In this document: piece by piece, positions 1-10,800 of the stretch
Layout of the letters: each line of letters begins with the position of its first letter
Position numbering within the stretch: position 1 is the first letter of the stretch
Made by a program: the position numbers and the translations under genes
The notes under the pieces: generated by a model
The model's input: only the letters and a program-made list of their open reading frames with translations
What the model was told of the DNA's origin: nothing
Databases searched by the model: none
NCBI GenBank assembly: GCA_965222375.1
Contig: CBDCTZ010000016.1
Location: 576,001 to 640,000 of the forward strand
Length of the DNA: 64,000 nt
DNA from: Polyangiaceae bacterium
GTDB lineage: Bacteria > Myxococcota_A > Polyangia > Polyangiales > Polyangiaceae
Direction: 5' to 3'

Positions 1-247
1 CGTCGGTGCTTGCGTCGAAGCTTGCGTCGCTCGTCGTTCCACCCGTGCCGCTGACTCCGCCACTGCCCCCGGAACTCGTTACGCCTCCCGAACCGACTGT
101 GCCGCCGGTACCGGTGAATCCGCCCAGGCCAATTCCCCCACCGACGCCCGAGTCTTGATTCGCCCCGAGTTCGTCCTCTGTGGTGGCGCAGCCGATAGCG
201 ATTCCAGACCCCAGTGCAAACGCAAACGTGAGAGCCAGGCCCCGCAT
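1..247 (-). CDS. Gly-rich lipoprotein, 5' part (runs off the left edge)
   Basis: Read manually: ATG at 247 gives MRGLALTFAFALGSGIAIGCATTEDEL...GGTVGSGGVTSSGGSGG..., open to position 1. Lipobox-like IGC followed by a Gly/Ser/Thr linker. Missing from the ORF track because it has no stop in the window. Confidence 0.8.
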   Translation of the reverse strand, partial: MRGLALTFAFALGSGIAIGCATTEDELGANQDSGVGGGIGLGGFTGTGGTVGSGGVTSSGGSGGVSGTGGTTSDASFDASTD

Positions 248-462
248 GTGCAAAGATGTACCACGGAGTGAGCGCCCGCGCCGCCCGGTTTTCCGTGCTC
301 GGACTTGACGCTGAGCTAGTGCCGAGGCCCGGGGTGCCTGGGTGAAGGCTGGCTGCGGACCGTATCCCTGTGGCGCAGCTCGCTTCGCCGGTACGAAGGG
401 CGCGCGCGACGCTGGCCGGGACCTGCAAGTGGCAGTGATGCCCTCCCGCTTTCGACGAGAAC

Positions 463-2298
463 TCAGTAGCCGAGCACCGGGTCCACGCTCGCGGCAGAAG
501 GCGCGGAACCCTTGTCGTCGTAGGGGTTGTCACTCGGCTCCCCACCGGCGCCGACATTGGCATCGGGGCGATCCAGTATGCTCGTGCCATCTATCGGCTT
601 TCCACTGGGATCCAGCGCCGCTCTTGGTGGCCTCGAACCTCCTCGCTTCGGGCGCCTCGCCGCCTTGGACGCTGCATCCGCGGCCGCGCCCGCCTCGATG
701 TTGGCGTCCTTTTCCTGCGCGGCGGCACCTGCCGTCACCGGCGCCGCAGGCACCTGCATGGCTTCGGTGTCTGACTGTTCTTGCTGCCTGAGAAACGCGA
801 AAACACCAAGTGTGACGGCGCCGAGAAGGGCGAATACGACGAAGAGGATCAATCCCCAACGGCGGCGTCGCGGTGGTGGCATGAAGATGTCTTCGTTGCT
901 CGCCGTCGAGAGGATCGGGCCCTCCGGGATCTGCGGCTTTGCTTCGACTGCTTGAGCTGGCGCTGGCGCGGCCGAAGCCCCCGCTTGTCGTAGCGCCGAT
1001 GCCAGGTCGCCAGCGACCTCAGGGGGCTGCTCTGCGTCGCCAGGCGGGCTGGGCTGCTCCGTCGGCGGCTGCACCGCGTCCGCACCCTCTTGAGCCTTGT
1101 TGACCAACAGGATCGGAGTTGTGCCCATGGCAGAGCGCGGCGGGCCCAAGCGCGCAGAGGCTGGGACTTCGACGCGCATGGGCGCGGCCTTCGATGCGCC
1201 GTCGAGCAAGGAATCGATGGCCCGGGCGGAGTCCGATCGGGAATCTGGCTTGCTCTCGGGTGGCACGAACGCCGCTAGCCCCATCAGGCGCGGTGCCTTC
1301 GGGATCACTACCGGCGCCTGGGATTCCGTTCCTGCGACTGTGGGTCTCCAGGAGTCTACCGATACGTGGCCCTTCACGATCGAGCCGCGTTGCTTCTCGA
1401 GGACGTCCGTCGCCAGCCCGTTCATCAATCGCACCAGCTCGCCAGAACCTCGTTTCGCACGCACAGCCGCGAGCGCGTCGGATAGTGCTTGGACCGTGGG
1501 AAAGCGCTTGCCCGGGTCGGGACGAATCGCTTGCATCACAACCTCTTTGAGCAGCGCTGGTACGTCCGCCCCAACGCGATCGAGGCGTGGTGCGGCGCCC
1601 GCCACCACCTTGTTGCGAATGCTCGCTGGCAATGCGCCTGGCTCGTTCTGTCCGAATGCGTCGTTCCCGCTGAGCAGCTCCCACAGCATCACGCCAATGG
1701 AGAACACCGCAGCGCTGTGGGTGGCACTGGTGTGTCCGAGCTCGGGCGCTCGGTAGGCGAGCAAACTCGGGACGCCCAGGCTCGGCTCAAAGCCAACGAC
1801 GCCGACGTCGGCGATAAGAGCGTCGTCCCCACTCGTTATGACAATCGTCTCGGGGTTCAGCCCTCCAAAGACCCAAGGAGGATCCGAGCCAGCACACATC
1901 TCCTCCAATGCGACAATGCCACGGGCCAGCTCTTCGCCCAGCCGAAGAACCGCTGAAGTCGGCACTCGGATGCGTCGATCCTGAGCACGGTGCATCAGCA
2001 AGGCGAGCGGGACCCCCTCGACGTATTCGGTCGCGATGACGAGATCGCTCAACCCGCGCTCGACGTCCATAACCGCGAGCAAGCGCGGATGGTGATGCAC
2101 CTTCGCGCGCTCCGCCGAAACCGCCAACGCGTCCAATAGCTTTGCATTCCATGGCGCCAAGTCCCGCAACTGGCGCAGCAAGACCACGCGGCCCTTGCCT
2201 TGGCCGACGCTTAGATCCCCAAGGTTGCCCCTGGAGAGCTCGGCGACGGACTTGTATTTGCGCTTCGAATCGACCACGGCGGAGGCGTCAATGTACAT
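463..2298 (-). CDS. Membrane-anchored Ser/Thr pseudokinase
   Basis: Kinase-fold residues EYVEG, YRAPE, FSIGVMLWELLSG and DPGKRF are present, but VAIK reads VLLR, HRDLKP reads FGGLNP and DFG reads DVG. Pro-rich linker, one TM helix, C-terminus DPVLGY. Confidence 0.8.
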   Translation of the reverse strand: MYIDASAVVDSKRKYKSVAELSRGNLGDLSVGQGKGRVVLLRQLRDLAPWNAKLLDALAVSAERAKVHHHPRLLAVMDVERGLSDLVIATEYVEGVPLALLMHRAQDRRIRVPTSAVLRLGEELARGIVALEEMCAGSDPPWVFGGLNPETIVITSGDDALIADVGVVGFEPSLGVPSLLAYRAPELGHTSATHSAAVFSIGVMLWELLSGNDAFGQNEPGALPASIRNKVVAGAAPRLDRVGADVPALLKEVVMQAIRPDPGKRFPTVQALSDALAAVRAKRGSGELVRLMNGLATDVLEKQRGSIVKGHVSVDSWRPTVAGTESQAPVVIPKAPRLMGLAAFVPPESKPDSRSDSARAIDSLLDGASKAAPMRVEVPASARLGPPRSAMGTTPILLVNKAQEGADAVQPPTEQPSPPGDAEQPPEVAGDLASALRQAGASAAPAPAQAVEAKPQIPEGPILSTASNEDIFMPPPRRRRWGLILFVVFALLGAVTLGVFAFLRQQEQSDTEAMQVPAAPVTAGAAAQEKDANIEAGAAADAASKAARRPKRGGSRPPRAALDPSGKPIDGTSILDRPDANVGAGGEPSDNPYDDKGSAPSAASVDPVLGY

Positions 2299-2349
2299 CC
2301 ATTCTCACCGCCTTTGGCACTACCCAATCTGCACTAGTATTGTTCACGC

Positions 2350-3441
2350 ATGTCCGGCGACGACGATGGTGGCGAAGGCCTTCAATTCCTACGCAAGCTA
2401 GGCGTGCCCCAGGGCATGGATCAGTTGGCGCTGACCTTCGGGATTGCAGGCATCGCCCTAGTCGGTTTGGCGGCCTACAAGGGAGGTGAATGGATTCGCA
2501 TCCTGCGTGGAGGGATGTCCGACGAAGCACACATCGTGGAGTTTTGGGACGGCGAGCCACCGCTCATCGCGGACATCAATGCAGACGGGCAGGAGGAGAT
2601 CGTTGGCACCTACGCCGGAAAGGGTGGGATCTACCTTGGCGCCTTTGACGGCAAGACCGGCGAGATCCGTTGGCGCTACGGTCCCATCAACATCAGCCGC
2701 GCGGCCAATGGTGGACTCATACAATTCGGTCGGCAGGGTGACCTGCTACTGGTGAACGAGAAAACCAAAGGAAAGATCGTCAGCCTGAAGGACGGAAGAG
2801 AAGTAGCACAGGTCGCGCTCCCGAGCGCCCGTGAAGTGTGCGCGAGCAAGGAACCCGGCGGCCCGCTTCCCGTCGCGACGAGCTCGGCATTGAAGTTCCT
2901 CGAAGTCGACTTGGCGTCACGCAAGGTCGTCGAGTCTGCGGGCCGGCGTCCCTGTGATCGACCGATGGCCAACTCGCGCATCATCGACAAGTACACGACA
3001 CCGCAAGCCCCAGCATCCAGCCGGTGGGCGCTGAGATCAGGTGAGTACATGCTCGTGCACAGCTACGACAAGGCGCAGGCAGAGGAATCCCTGGAGTTAC
3101 GGCCGATTGGCGGCGGCACTCCGCTTTGGAAAGTGACGCCTTTCCCCAAGAATCCAAAGAAGCATCCCACGGCAGGAAACGTGCGGCTCGCAGACATCGC
3201 GGGAGGGCGGGTCTACGTGAGCCACTTCGTGTTCAAGACGCCCCTCGAGCAACGCGTGTTGTGTTTGGATCTGAAGACAGGTGAAGAAAAGTGGCGCGTC
3301 CCCATCGACTCTCCCGGCAGCATGCTCAAGAACCTGACCGCGACGGAAAGTCGCGTCTACGTTGCCCTGGGTGACTACCTTGTCGTGCTCGATGCTGACA
3401 CGGGCAAAGTCGTTCTGGACCTGGGCCAGGGTCGGGAATGA
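2350..3441 (+). CDS. PQQ-like beta-propeller protein with N-terminal TM helix
   Basis: Repeats AFDGKTGEIRW, CLDLKTGEEKW, VLDADTGKVV; FG-GAP-like DINADGQEEIV. Confidence 0.75.
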   Translation: MSGDDDGGEGLQFLRKLGVPQGMDQLALTFGIAGIALVGLAAYKGGEWIRILRGGMSDEAHIVEFWDGEPPLIADINADGQEEIVGTYAGKGGIYLGAFDGKTGEIRWRYGPINISRAANGGLIQFGRQGDLLLVNEKTKGKIVSLKDGREVAQVALPSAREVCASKEPGGPLPVATSSALKFLEVDLASRKVVESAGRRPCDRPMANSRIIDKYTTPQAPASSRWALRSGEYMLVHSYDKAQAEESLELRPIGGGTPLWKVTPFPKNPKKHPTAGNVRLADIAGGRVYVSHFVFKTPLEQRVLCLDLKTGEEKWRVPIDSPGSMLKNLTATESRVYVALGDYLVVLDADTGKVVLDLGQGRE

Positions 3442-3489
3442 ACCCGCGGGGAGCACGATTGCGCGCCTCTTGCCATGAAGTGGCTTGTG

Positions 3490-3855
3490 TCAACGTTTGA
3501 GGGACGCTTGGAGTGCCTTCAGGTCTTCCATCTTTTTCTCGAGCAAACTCTCGAGGGCGGACGTCAGTGCTGCCGCGAGTTCCGCATCGCCAAAGCCTGT
3601 CGACGACATCACCTCATCGTAGAGTCGTTTTGTGGGTTCATCGACCTTCAGAGCGATCGAACGTCCAGACAAGTAGTCATCCAGTAACTCGCGAATCACG
3701 CCGGATACGTTGGGTTCTTGACTGAGGAGCTCATCGTGTTGCACCTCCGGCAACGTGATGTTCACGCGACGCCCTGGACCTGGGATCGCCGTGCGGTTCG
3801 GCGGTTCAGGGTCTGACAGGGTCCCCATGCGGCGGGTGGTCTTGCGAGTGCGCAT
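3490..3855 (-). CDS. Small ribbon-helix-helix (CopG/Arc-like) DNA-binding protein, C-terminal coiled coil
   Basis: RRVNITLPEVQHDELL...NVSGVIRELLDDYL fits a strand-helix-helix pattern. TAGTGT lies 5 nt before the ATG at 3855. Confidence 0.55.
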   Translation of the reverse strand: MRTRKTTRRMGTLSDPEPPNRTAIPGPGRRVNITLPEVQHDELLSQEPNVSGVIRELLDDYLSGRSIALKVDEPTKRLYDEVMSSTGFGDAELAAALTSALESLLEKKMEDLKALQASLKR

Positions 3856-3906
3856 ACTGCACACTAATACACATCGCAGGGCCTGGGATCAGTATGAGTG
3901 GCTAGC

Positions 3907-3940
3907 TCAAGGCACGAGGATCAACTTGCCCTTGAACGCC
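3907..3940 (-). pseudogene. Extreme 3' remnant, possibly of an MDR/quinone oxidoreductase
   Basis: Minus strand ends ...AFKGKLILVP-TGA, resembling the GKxxLxP terminus of MDR-family reductases. Very short. Confidence 0.3.
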
Positions 3941-4117
3941 GCGCGCGAGATGTACCGCATTCCGGATGGATTCGAGGCAGTGGCCGCACTCGCCGTCGGG
4001 TACCCAAGCCAAGTAGACCAACTACCCGAACCGTTGCACGAGCGGGAGCAAGCACCGCGCTTGCGTCGTCCCCAATCAGAGTTCGTATTCCAAGGTGACC
4101 GGGGCACGCCGCTTTGA
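3938..4117 (+). pseudogene. Nitroreductase family, 3' remnant only
   Basis: AREMYRIPDGFEAVAALAVGYP...EREQAPRLRRPQSEFVF is a typical nitroreductase C-terminus. No N-terminal part or usable start. Confidence 0.7.
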
Positions 4118-4125
4118 GCCCTGCG

Positions 4126-4842
4126 TCACTGAATGTCGCTGAAGTCCGGTAAGCTTCCGAAGTTGAAATTGACACCGGCCATGTAGGTCAGTGCTTTGCT
4201 GTCGCCGAAGTTTCTCATCACGGTGACTTCTGGGTGCACTGCGAATTTCTTGGAAGCGCGAATGTTGAGCCCGAGGCCGATACGCCCGAATAACCCGTCA
4301 GTGGTGGTTGCGCGCTCGCGGTCACTATCGGCGATGAGGTCTGTACTAACCAATGCGTACACGACACCGGGCGTCAACACGAAGGAAAGGGTTTCGGACA
4401 CATTGAAGTCGATCAGCAGCGGCCCATGGAAGTAGAAGACGTTGAGGGATTCGTTGTTGGAGCCCGTGCCAATGGTCACGTTGTACCACTGCACGCCGGG
4501 ATCCAACGCCAGGTCGAGCCGGCCTTTGAAGAGGTTTACCTTCGCGTCGAAGGCTAGGGACGACATGTTGTTGACGTGAAACCCCAAGTCCACCCGGTCG
4601 GCGACGCCCCAGCGAAGGTGATACGAAGGTGGCAAGGGAACGAAGAACTGGATGTCAGTGGTTCGTGTCGTGCCGCTTGAATCTGTGGTCTCCGTTTCGG
4701 CGTTGAACCCCCACCCCTCGGCAGAAATGCCATGGTTGATTGTGCCCTTTGGCGTCGTACGGGCGGTTCCGTAGGTATTGACGTTGGGGCAGCCGGATAG
4801 CAGGACGGGAAGCAAGAGGAGGGGCGCTGTGCGTAGACGCAT
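4126..4842 (-). CDS. Lipoprotein with outer-membrane beta-barrel-like strands
   Basis: Lipobox LLSGC; alternating amphipathic strands (RIGLGLNIR, YMAGVNFNFG). Confidence 0.65.
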   Translation of the reverse strand: MRLRTAPLLLLPVLLSGCPNVNTYGTARTTPKGTINHGISAEGWGFNAETETTDSSGTTRTTDIQFFVPLPPSYHLRWGVADRVDLGFHVNNMSSLAFDAKVNLFKGRLDLALDPGVQWYNVTIGTGSNNESLNVFYFHGPLLIDFNVSETLSFVLTPGVVYALVSTDLIADSDRERATTTDGLFGRIGLGLNIRASKKFAVHPEVTVMRNFGDSKALTYMAGVNFNFGSLPDFSDIQ

Positions 4843-4985
4843 CGACTAAGCCTACGCGCACGCGCTGGTCTGCCTTCCTCGGTGGGGCCCAGCGGCTCCA
4901 ATTTTGGGGCAAATAGCGGAGCCCTGGCCACGTAGCCGTGCCACGCCAGCTCTGGCAGTCTGCGGGACACGTGAACTCGAACCTC

Positions 4986-6095
4986 ATGCAGTCCGGCGCC
5001 ATCGTGCTCGTGGCGATACTCTTCGGTGTCCTGGGGAGGCGGTGGAAGCGCGACGACGTCGTGTTCCACATCGTGATCCTGCTGCTGCTCCTGCTGCCGA
5101 GCATCTGGGTGCCCCAGTTGGCGCGCGACATCGTACTGTCGCTGATCGTTGGCGCGATCATGTCCTTCGCGGGCGATAGCGGTTTCGGCAAACTTGCTTG
5201 GGCAACCGCCAGTGGCGGGATCCTGTTCGCGCTGACTCAAGTTGTGCCCGGTGGTGCGACTGTGCTGCTGGCCGGCCTGACGTTGATTCTGCTTGGGTTC
5301 TTTGGCCACGAGACATGGGTCCACTGGAAGCGCATTTCCGCGGCTGAAGCATTGAAGCCGAACGACAAGACCAAGCAGGAAGTCGAAATCGGAGGGATCG
5401 CGCGTCGGCTAGCGCGAGTGGACTTGCCAGACGGCTACGACGAGCCGAACGCGGCGGCCTGGCGCGCCTTTGATGACGACAGCCGCCACGGTCCGGCGCT
5501 GCTGAGCCTGGAGACACCCGCCGGAGCCGTCATGATCGAGATGGGGTCCATCGCGATTCAAGACGCGCGCTACGCTCACCCCACCGACACCGACGACGCC
5601 GCTGCCAAAACAGAAGATGCCGAAGCTGCGAACGAAGCTGACGAGGCTGACGGCGCGGACAAACCAGGCGGCGCGAACAAGCTGGACGCGGACGATGTGC
5701 ATGACGCCGACGGCGTGGACAAAGACGACACAGAATCCGGCGACTCACAAGACGCCGACAGCCCTGCCGACGAGGAAGAAGCGTCCAGCAACGGCGAAGA
5801 CCAAGGGAGTTCAGACCCCGTTCTCGATGCGGATACCTCCAAGATGTTGATCGTCGTGGAGGAGGGCAAGGACGTCTATGTGATCGGAACCCCCAAGTGG
5901 ACGCGGGCACCCAAGGGCATGAGCGGTTACCGCGACGCGCCCGTAGTGCCCGTCTTTGGCGAGGGTGCGACGCTGTATCTAGTGTCTGAGAACGAGATGG
6001 ACGCGCGGACCAAGTGGCACTTGGCGCTTGCCTTTGGCTTTTCGGCGGCGTGTATCATCGTCGCGACGGCACAGGTCCTGGAGCGATTCCTGTAG
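4986..6095 (+). CDS. Multi-pass membrane protein with acidic low-complexity insert
   Basis: About 5 N-terminal hydrophobic helices, an Asp/Glu-rich stretch and a C-terminal TM helix. Start uncertain (4938/4971/4986). Confidence 0.6.
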   Translation: MQSGAIVLVAILFGVLGRRWKRDDVVFHIVILLLLLLPSIWVPQLARDIVLSLIVGAIMSFAGDSGFGKLAWATASGGILFALTQVVPGGATVLLAGLTLILLGFFGHETWVHWKRISAAEALKPNDKTKQEVEIGGIARRLARVDLPDGYDEPNAAAWRAFDDDSRHGPALLSLETPAGAVMIEMGSIAIQDARYAHPTDTDDAAAKTEDAEAANEADEADGADKPGGANKLDADDVHDADGVDKDDTESGDSQDADSPADEEEASSNGEDQGSSDPVLDADTSKMLIVVEEGKDVYVIGTPKWTRAPKGMSGYRDAPVVPVFGEGATLYLVSENEMDARTKWHLALAFGFSAACIIVATAQVLERFL

Positions 6096-6116
6096 GTCGT
6101 GCCGTAGCGTCGAACC

Positions 6117-7811
6117 ATGCCGGACACTGATACGCCAGCGCCGTCCGAGTCACCGGGATCGGAGCCCGCATCTTCGCGGCCGCCGGTGTCCGAGCGACCA
6201 CAGTCCTTGCCGCCTCCGTCCGAGCGTCTCACCGCCGCCAATACCAGCGTCGTTGCTCGAGACGCAGTGGCAGAGGAACAACGTGCTCGGGAACGCACCA
6301 GCCTGTGGACGGCACTCTGGCTAGCGCTCCTGGCCGTCGCCGTACTTCAGCTCACGCGCAACAAGACGGTGGTGCACTGGATTCTGACAGGGACCATTGG
6401 CGCACTTGCCGTTGCTTGCGGCGCGGTGCTGACGGAATCCAGAGGCGGCAGGCCCATTCGGGAGCATCGCATGCTCGTCACCGGGGTGCTCACGGTGTTG
6501 GTGGTGCTCGCGGCTGCTGCGCACCTGGGCGTTTTGACCCCGATGATCGCCTTCCTGATTGTGACCGTCTACTACAACTCCAGCGGTGACGCGCCCTACG
6601 AAAGGGTGATCTACGCGCTCAGTGCCTTTGGTTTCGCCTGCCTGATTCTGCTTTCCTACATTGGCGTGTTGCCGCTCACGGACTCCGTGCTTGCCATGGC
6701 GGAACAGAACACCCGTGCCCTGGTGGGCTTTGGCATCGTTGGCGAGGGTCTGCTCTACGCCACCTATCGCATGGCTCGGGAAAACCGCCTGGCCACGTTG
6801 ACCGCGATGGATCGTCTGGAGCGAGCGCAGCGGCAGGTGCAGCAGCGGGACGCGCTATTGCTCGAGGCGCGACTGGAGATCGAAGGTGCTCGAGCGAGTG
6901 GAGTCGGGCGTCACACGGGCACGATGGTGGACGCCTACGAGGTGCACGACGTCATCGGTCGAGGTGCTACCGGCGAGGTCTATCAGGCCACTCGATCGGA
7001 CTCCGGTCAGCCCGCGGCTTTGAAGATCTTGTACCCGCATCTGCTGGACGAGGTGCATGTTGCGCGATACCTGCGCGAAGCCGAGCTGACCCAGCGGCTG
7101 GATTCGCCTCACATCCTGGAGTTTTTCGGCAACGGAGCGACACCGGATGGTTGCCCCTATGTTGCGACGGAGTTGTTGACTGGAGAGGACCTCTCGAAAC
7201 ACTTGCGTGAGCGCCGCACGATGTCGCTTGCCGCGACTGTAGAGATGATTGGGCAAGTTGCACGCGGGCTGGACGTCGCGCAGGAAAACGGGATCGTGCA
7301 CCGAGATCTCAAACCCCAGAACCTTTTCCTCGCCGCCGACAAAGGTGGCGGGCGCGCTTGGAAGGTGTTGGACTTCGGTATCGCTTCCTTGGTCGAAGGC
7401 TCCGGGGAGCTCACGCGTGGCGCCGCCATTGGAACGCCGAACTACATGTCCCCGGAGCAAACTCGCGGCCTTGGTGTCGACCACCGTTCGGACGTGTTTG
7501 CGCTTGGGTCCATTGCCTACCGCGTGTTGACCGGGCAGCCAGCATTCGCGGCGGCCGATTCCATGAGCACCATGTACCGCGTCAACAAGGTGCAGCCCGC
7601 GAAACCCAGCCTGCTCGCGCCGCGCCTGCCCAAGGATGTTGATGCGGTACTGGCTTTGGCCCTGGCGAAAAACAAGGATAGGCGCTTTCGGTCTGCTAGT
7701 ACCTTCGCCGCCGCCCTACGCGACGCATCCCGCGGCGAACTCGACGAACCGTTTCGCCAAGCCGCGGCGGAACTGCTCGACAAGCATCGCTGGATGCAAG
7801 AATTGAAGTAG
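6117..7811 (+). CDS. Ser/Thr protein kinase with N-terminal multi-TM sensor and coiled coil
   Basis: IGRGATGEVY, AALK, HRDLKPQN, DFG, GTPNYMSPE; about 7 TM helices before the kinase domain. Confidence 0.92.
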   Translation: MPDTDTPAPSESPGSEPASSRPPVSERPQSLPPPSERLTAANTSVVARDAVAEEQRARERTSLWTALWLALLAVAVLQLTRNKTVVHWILTGTIGALAVACGAVLTESRGGRPIREHRMLVTGVLTVLVVLAAAAHLGVLTPMIAFLIVTVYYNSSGDAPYERVIYALSAFGFACLILLSYIGVLPLTDSVLAMAEQNTRALVGFGIVGEGLLYATYRMARENRLATLTAMDRLERAQRQVQQRDALLLEARLEIEGARASGVGRHTGTMVDAYEVHDVIGRGATGEVYQATRSDSGQPAALKILYPHLLDEVHVARYLREAELTQRLDSPHILEFFGNGATPDGCPYVATELLTGEDLSKHLRERRTMSLAATVEMIGQVARGLDVAQENGIVHRDLKPQNLFLAADKGGGRAWKVLDFGIASLVEGSGELTRGAAIGTPNYMSPEQTRGLGVDHRSDVFALGSIAYRVLTGQPAFAAADSMSTMYRVNKVQPAKPSLLAPRLPKDVDAVLALALAKNKDRRFRSASTFAAALRDASRGELDEPFRQAAAELLDKHRWMQELK

Positions 7812-7825
7812 CCGCCCTGCTGTGG

Positions 7826-10800
7826 CTAACCGCAGAGTGCGGAGCTGCCCGTGGCGGCGGCGTGAGCGCTGTGGGCCTTACCAAGCCCCGAACCGAGCTG
7901 TCCGATCAGCGCCGCCAAACCCGCTCGGCCGGCGAGGGCCCCGAAGGCTCCGCCTGCGGCACCTGCCGCTGCGAAACAACCAAAGTCGTTCCAGTTGGTG
8001 GGATCGCCGCTCGGAGTACCGCCTGCGATGACGACGGTCGCGCCGATGAGCTTCTTGGCCTTGACCATTTCCAGAGAAAGCCAAGTGCCGTTGGCGGCGC
8101 CGAGGATCCCCGCCGCGCTTGCCAGGTTCGCTCCACGATTGATCAGGTCGATGGTGTTGTTCATCTCCGTCTGGTACGCCTCGGCCTCTTCTGCTCCGCC
8201 GCTGCCGTTGGAGAGCACGCCTAGCAGCGCGCCCGTCTTCTGATCGATGTGCCAGAACGCGACGGGGCTGCCGCTTGCGGGCACCAATCGGTAGGAGTTG
8301 GTGTAACCGCTCTGGGCCATGCGCCAGCGGTCCTGCAGGTCTTGGGACAGCCCGGAAATCACGCTCTGGATGACGGTGAAGGGTGGAATGACCGTGAGGC
8401 CCGAACCCTGAAGCAGGCTCTTGGTGCTGGTCTTGAACAGGGCGTCTTCGACGAGAGCCAACCGCGCTGTTGCATTCATGGCTTGGCTCAGGGACGCGCG
8501 GGCGTCCGTGTCGATGGCGGCGTAGGGGCCGAGCGGCAGTAGATCGACTCGGCGCAGCATGGACTTCTTGCCCCGGGGCATCACCGAGTGAAGCGCAGCA
8601 CGCAGCCCCGTCGGGTAAGCCGCGGTTTGCGATGCGGGTCGCAGCGGCGCGTGCAGGGCGAAGGCACCCAGGGCGGGAATGGTGGGCGCCTTGATCAGGG
8701 CGTCGTAAATCGCGGGAAGGTCCGTACCCCGAGTGGCGTCCCAAAGAGGCTCGAGCCCCAACCGCGCGGTGAGAAGATCGTCGATCATTTGCGCCGCGGT
8801 TGGCGGGCCACCCTCGAAGCGCACTTCGTAGGCACCGAGGAACGCGTCGCTCACCTCTGCGAACACCTCCTCGGGAGTCCCGGCGAGCACTTCTCGGCGT
8901 CCCGCAAGCACGCGAATGACCGCTGCCGCGCCGCCGACGCGCAGGGTGAGCAGGAGACCTCCGAAGCGATTGGGTGGCTTGATCTCAGCAGGTGCGGGCA
9001 CGGTGTACTGCGCGGCCTGAGTCGCCGTGCCACTCCGGATGGATAGTTTCACATTGCGCGTCGCCGGGCCTGCGACGGGCGCGTCGTAGCGCAACAAGTA
9101 GGCGTTCTTCTGGCGCGCGGCGATGAAGGTGTCTGCGGCCGTGACGGCTTCGGACTGCATGCTAACCGACACCACGGTGCCACCCGTGATCTCCGCCATC
9201 TGATCGAGGTTGGTCGTCGGCGCGGTTCCCACCCGAACGAAGACGGACGGCGGAGCGATACTCACGGCGGCGAGTGCTTCTGCGTCGGGCGTGTCCGTAG
9301 CGTCGCCGTCGGTGATGAACACGATCGTCGTGGCGCCCAGCTTGGCGGCTTCACCCAGGGCGTTCCACAAGTCTGAGCCGAAGCCCCCTTGATTCAGCGC
9401 TGCCAGCTCGAGCACCGCCGGATCCGTCGTCCATTTGCCCGCGCTGACGCTGCCGCCAACGGTGTGGACGCGGAAACTGGAGCCGGCGTATTTGCTGGCT
9501 AGCTGAGTGGCGATGTCCTTCACCAGGGTAGCTGCTTGGGCACCGGTGAAGGCGGGCGGCAAACTGGTGGACTTGTCGAGCAGAAAGACGACGCGGGGAG
9601 GCGGGGATGTGTTTTCGAGCAAGTTGAAGGGAAGCTCGGTGCCCTCCTCTTCGAGCTTGAAAGCCGAGGCCACCAATCCGTGCACGTCGCTGCCCGAACC
9701 GTCTTGCGCGCCAACCCGCAAGCTGATGCGTGAAAACCCGCTCGCCGATGGCGCGATGGTCAGAGTCTTCACGCTCGCTGCCTTGACCGGATCCAGGGGG
9801 CTCGTATCCAGCGGTGTGCCGCCAACGCTGTAGCTGCCGTCGGACTCTTTGACGATGACGTCGCCGCTCCGAGTGATGGCGGATCCGGAGAAGGTATTTG
9901 CTTCGCGGTCTGCAGCGCTGACGTCAGGACCATCCAAGGACAGAACCGGGATGAACGTGCGCAAGTCGTCCAGGCTGCGGCCGAGGAGTTGGGGCAGCTC
10001 TTCCGGCGGCACCATCGCGATCCTTAGGGAGCGACCCGGAAGGTCCTCGAATTCGAATTGCCCGCTCACCAGATCGACGGGAATTTTTGGATCCGCCGAG
10101 CTGACTATGGACAGGGTTGCCGTGACCTTGGGCAGAGGCTGGGCGCTGCTGACTTTGGCGGGGGTTGCAGTCGTTCCAGCGTCGCCGAATGCGAGATCCG
10201 GCAGCGCCGGGTTGGCGAGTTTGTCGGCGCCGCCATCGGTGACCCGAACGATGGGAATATTGATCGGCGGACTGAAGTCGAAGCCCGTCGCGTCGACGGT
10301 CGCCGGTAGCTGTGCGAGCAGCGTCTGCGCGAGGGCAGTGGCGAGACTGTCGTCTGCGTCCAACACATTCGCATTGGTCGGAGCGTCAACCTTCAGCAGC
10401 GCCAACCACTCCGCTACTTTCGCGTCGGACACCTGGGGATCGAATGCGCGACTGACGCTTCGGATCAGTGCCTTCTTGGCGAAGTCCGGGATCTTCGGTG
10501 TGGCGATGGCGACCACCTCAGCGTCCAAGCCGGCGCGCTTGTACAAGTCGACCAGGAGATCGGCCTTGTCGCGCATGGTGCCGGCGCCGCCCCGCAGTGT
10601 GCCTCGCGAACCAAACAGACGACCCGTGGTCCCACCCAAACTGGTTAGGGTTGCCGGCAGCGTAACGATGTTGTCCCGAACGAACTCATAGATCGCTGCT
10701 GCATCTTTGCCGGCGACTATGTCATTGGCGCGAGCAACCAAGTGATCCGGACTGGTGCGTATCGCGTCCCGTACTTCTTCCCAAACGCCGAAGGGCACTC

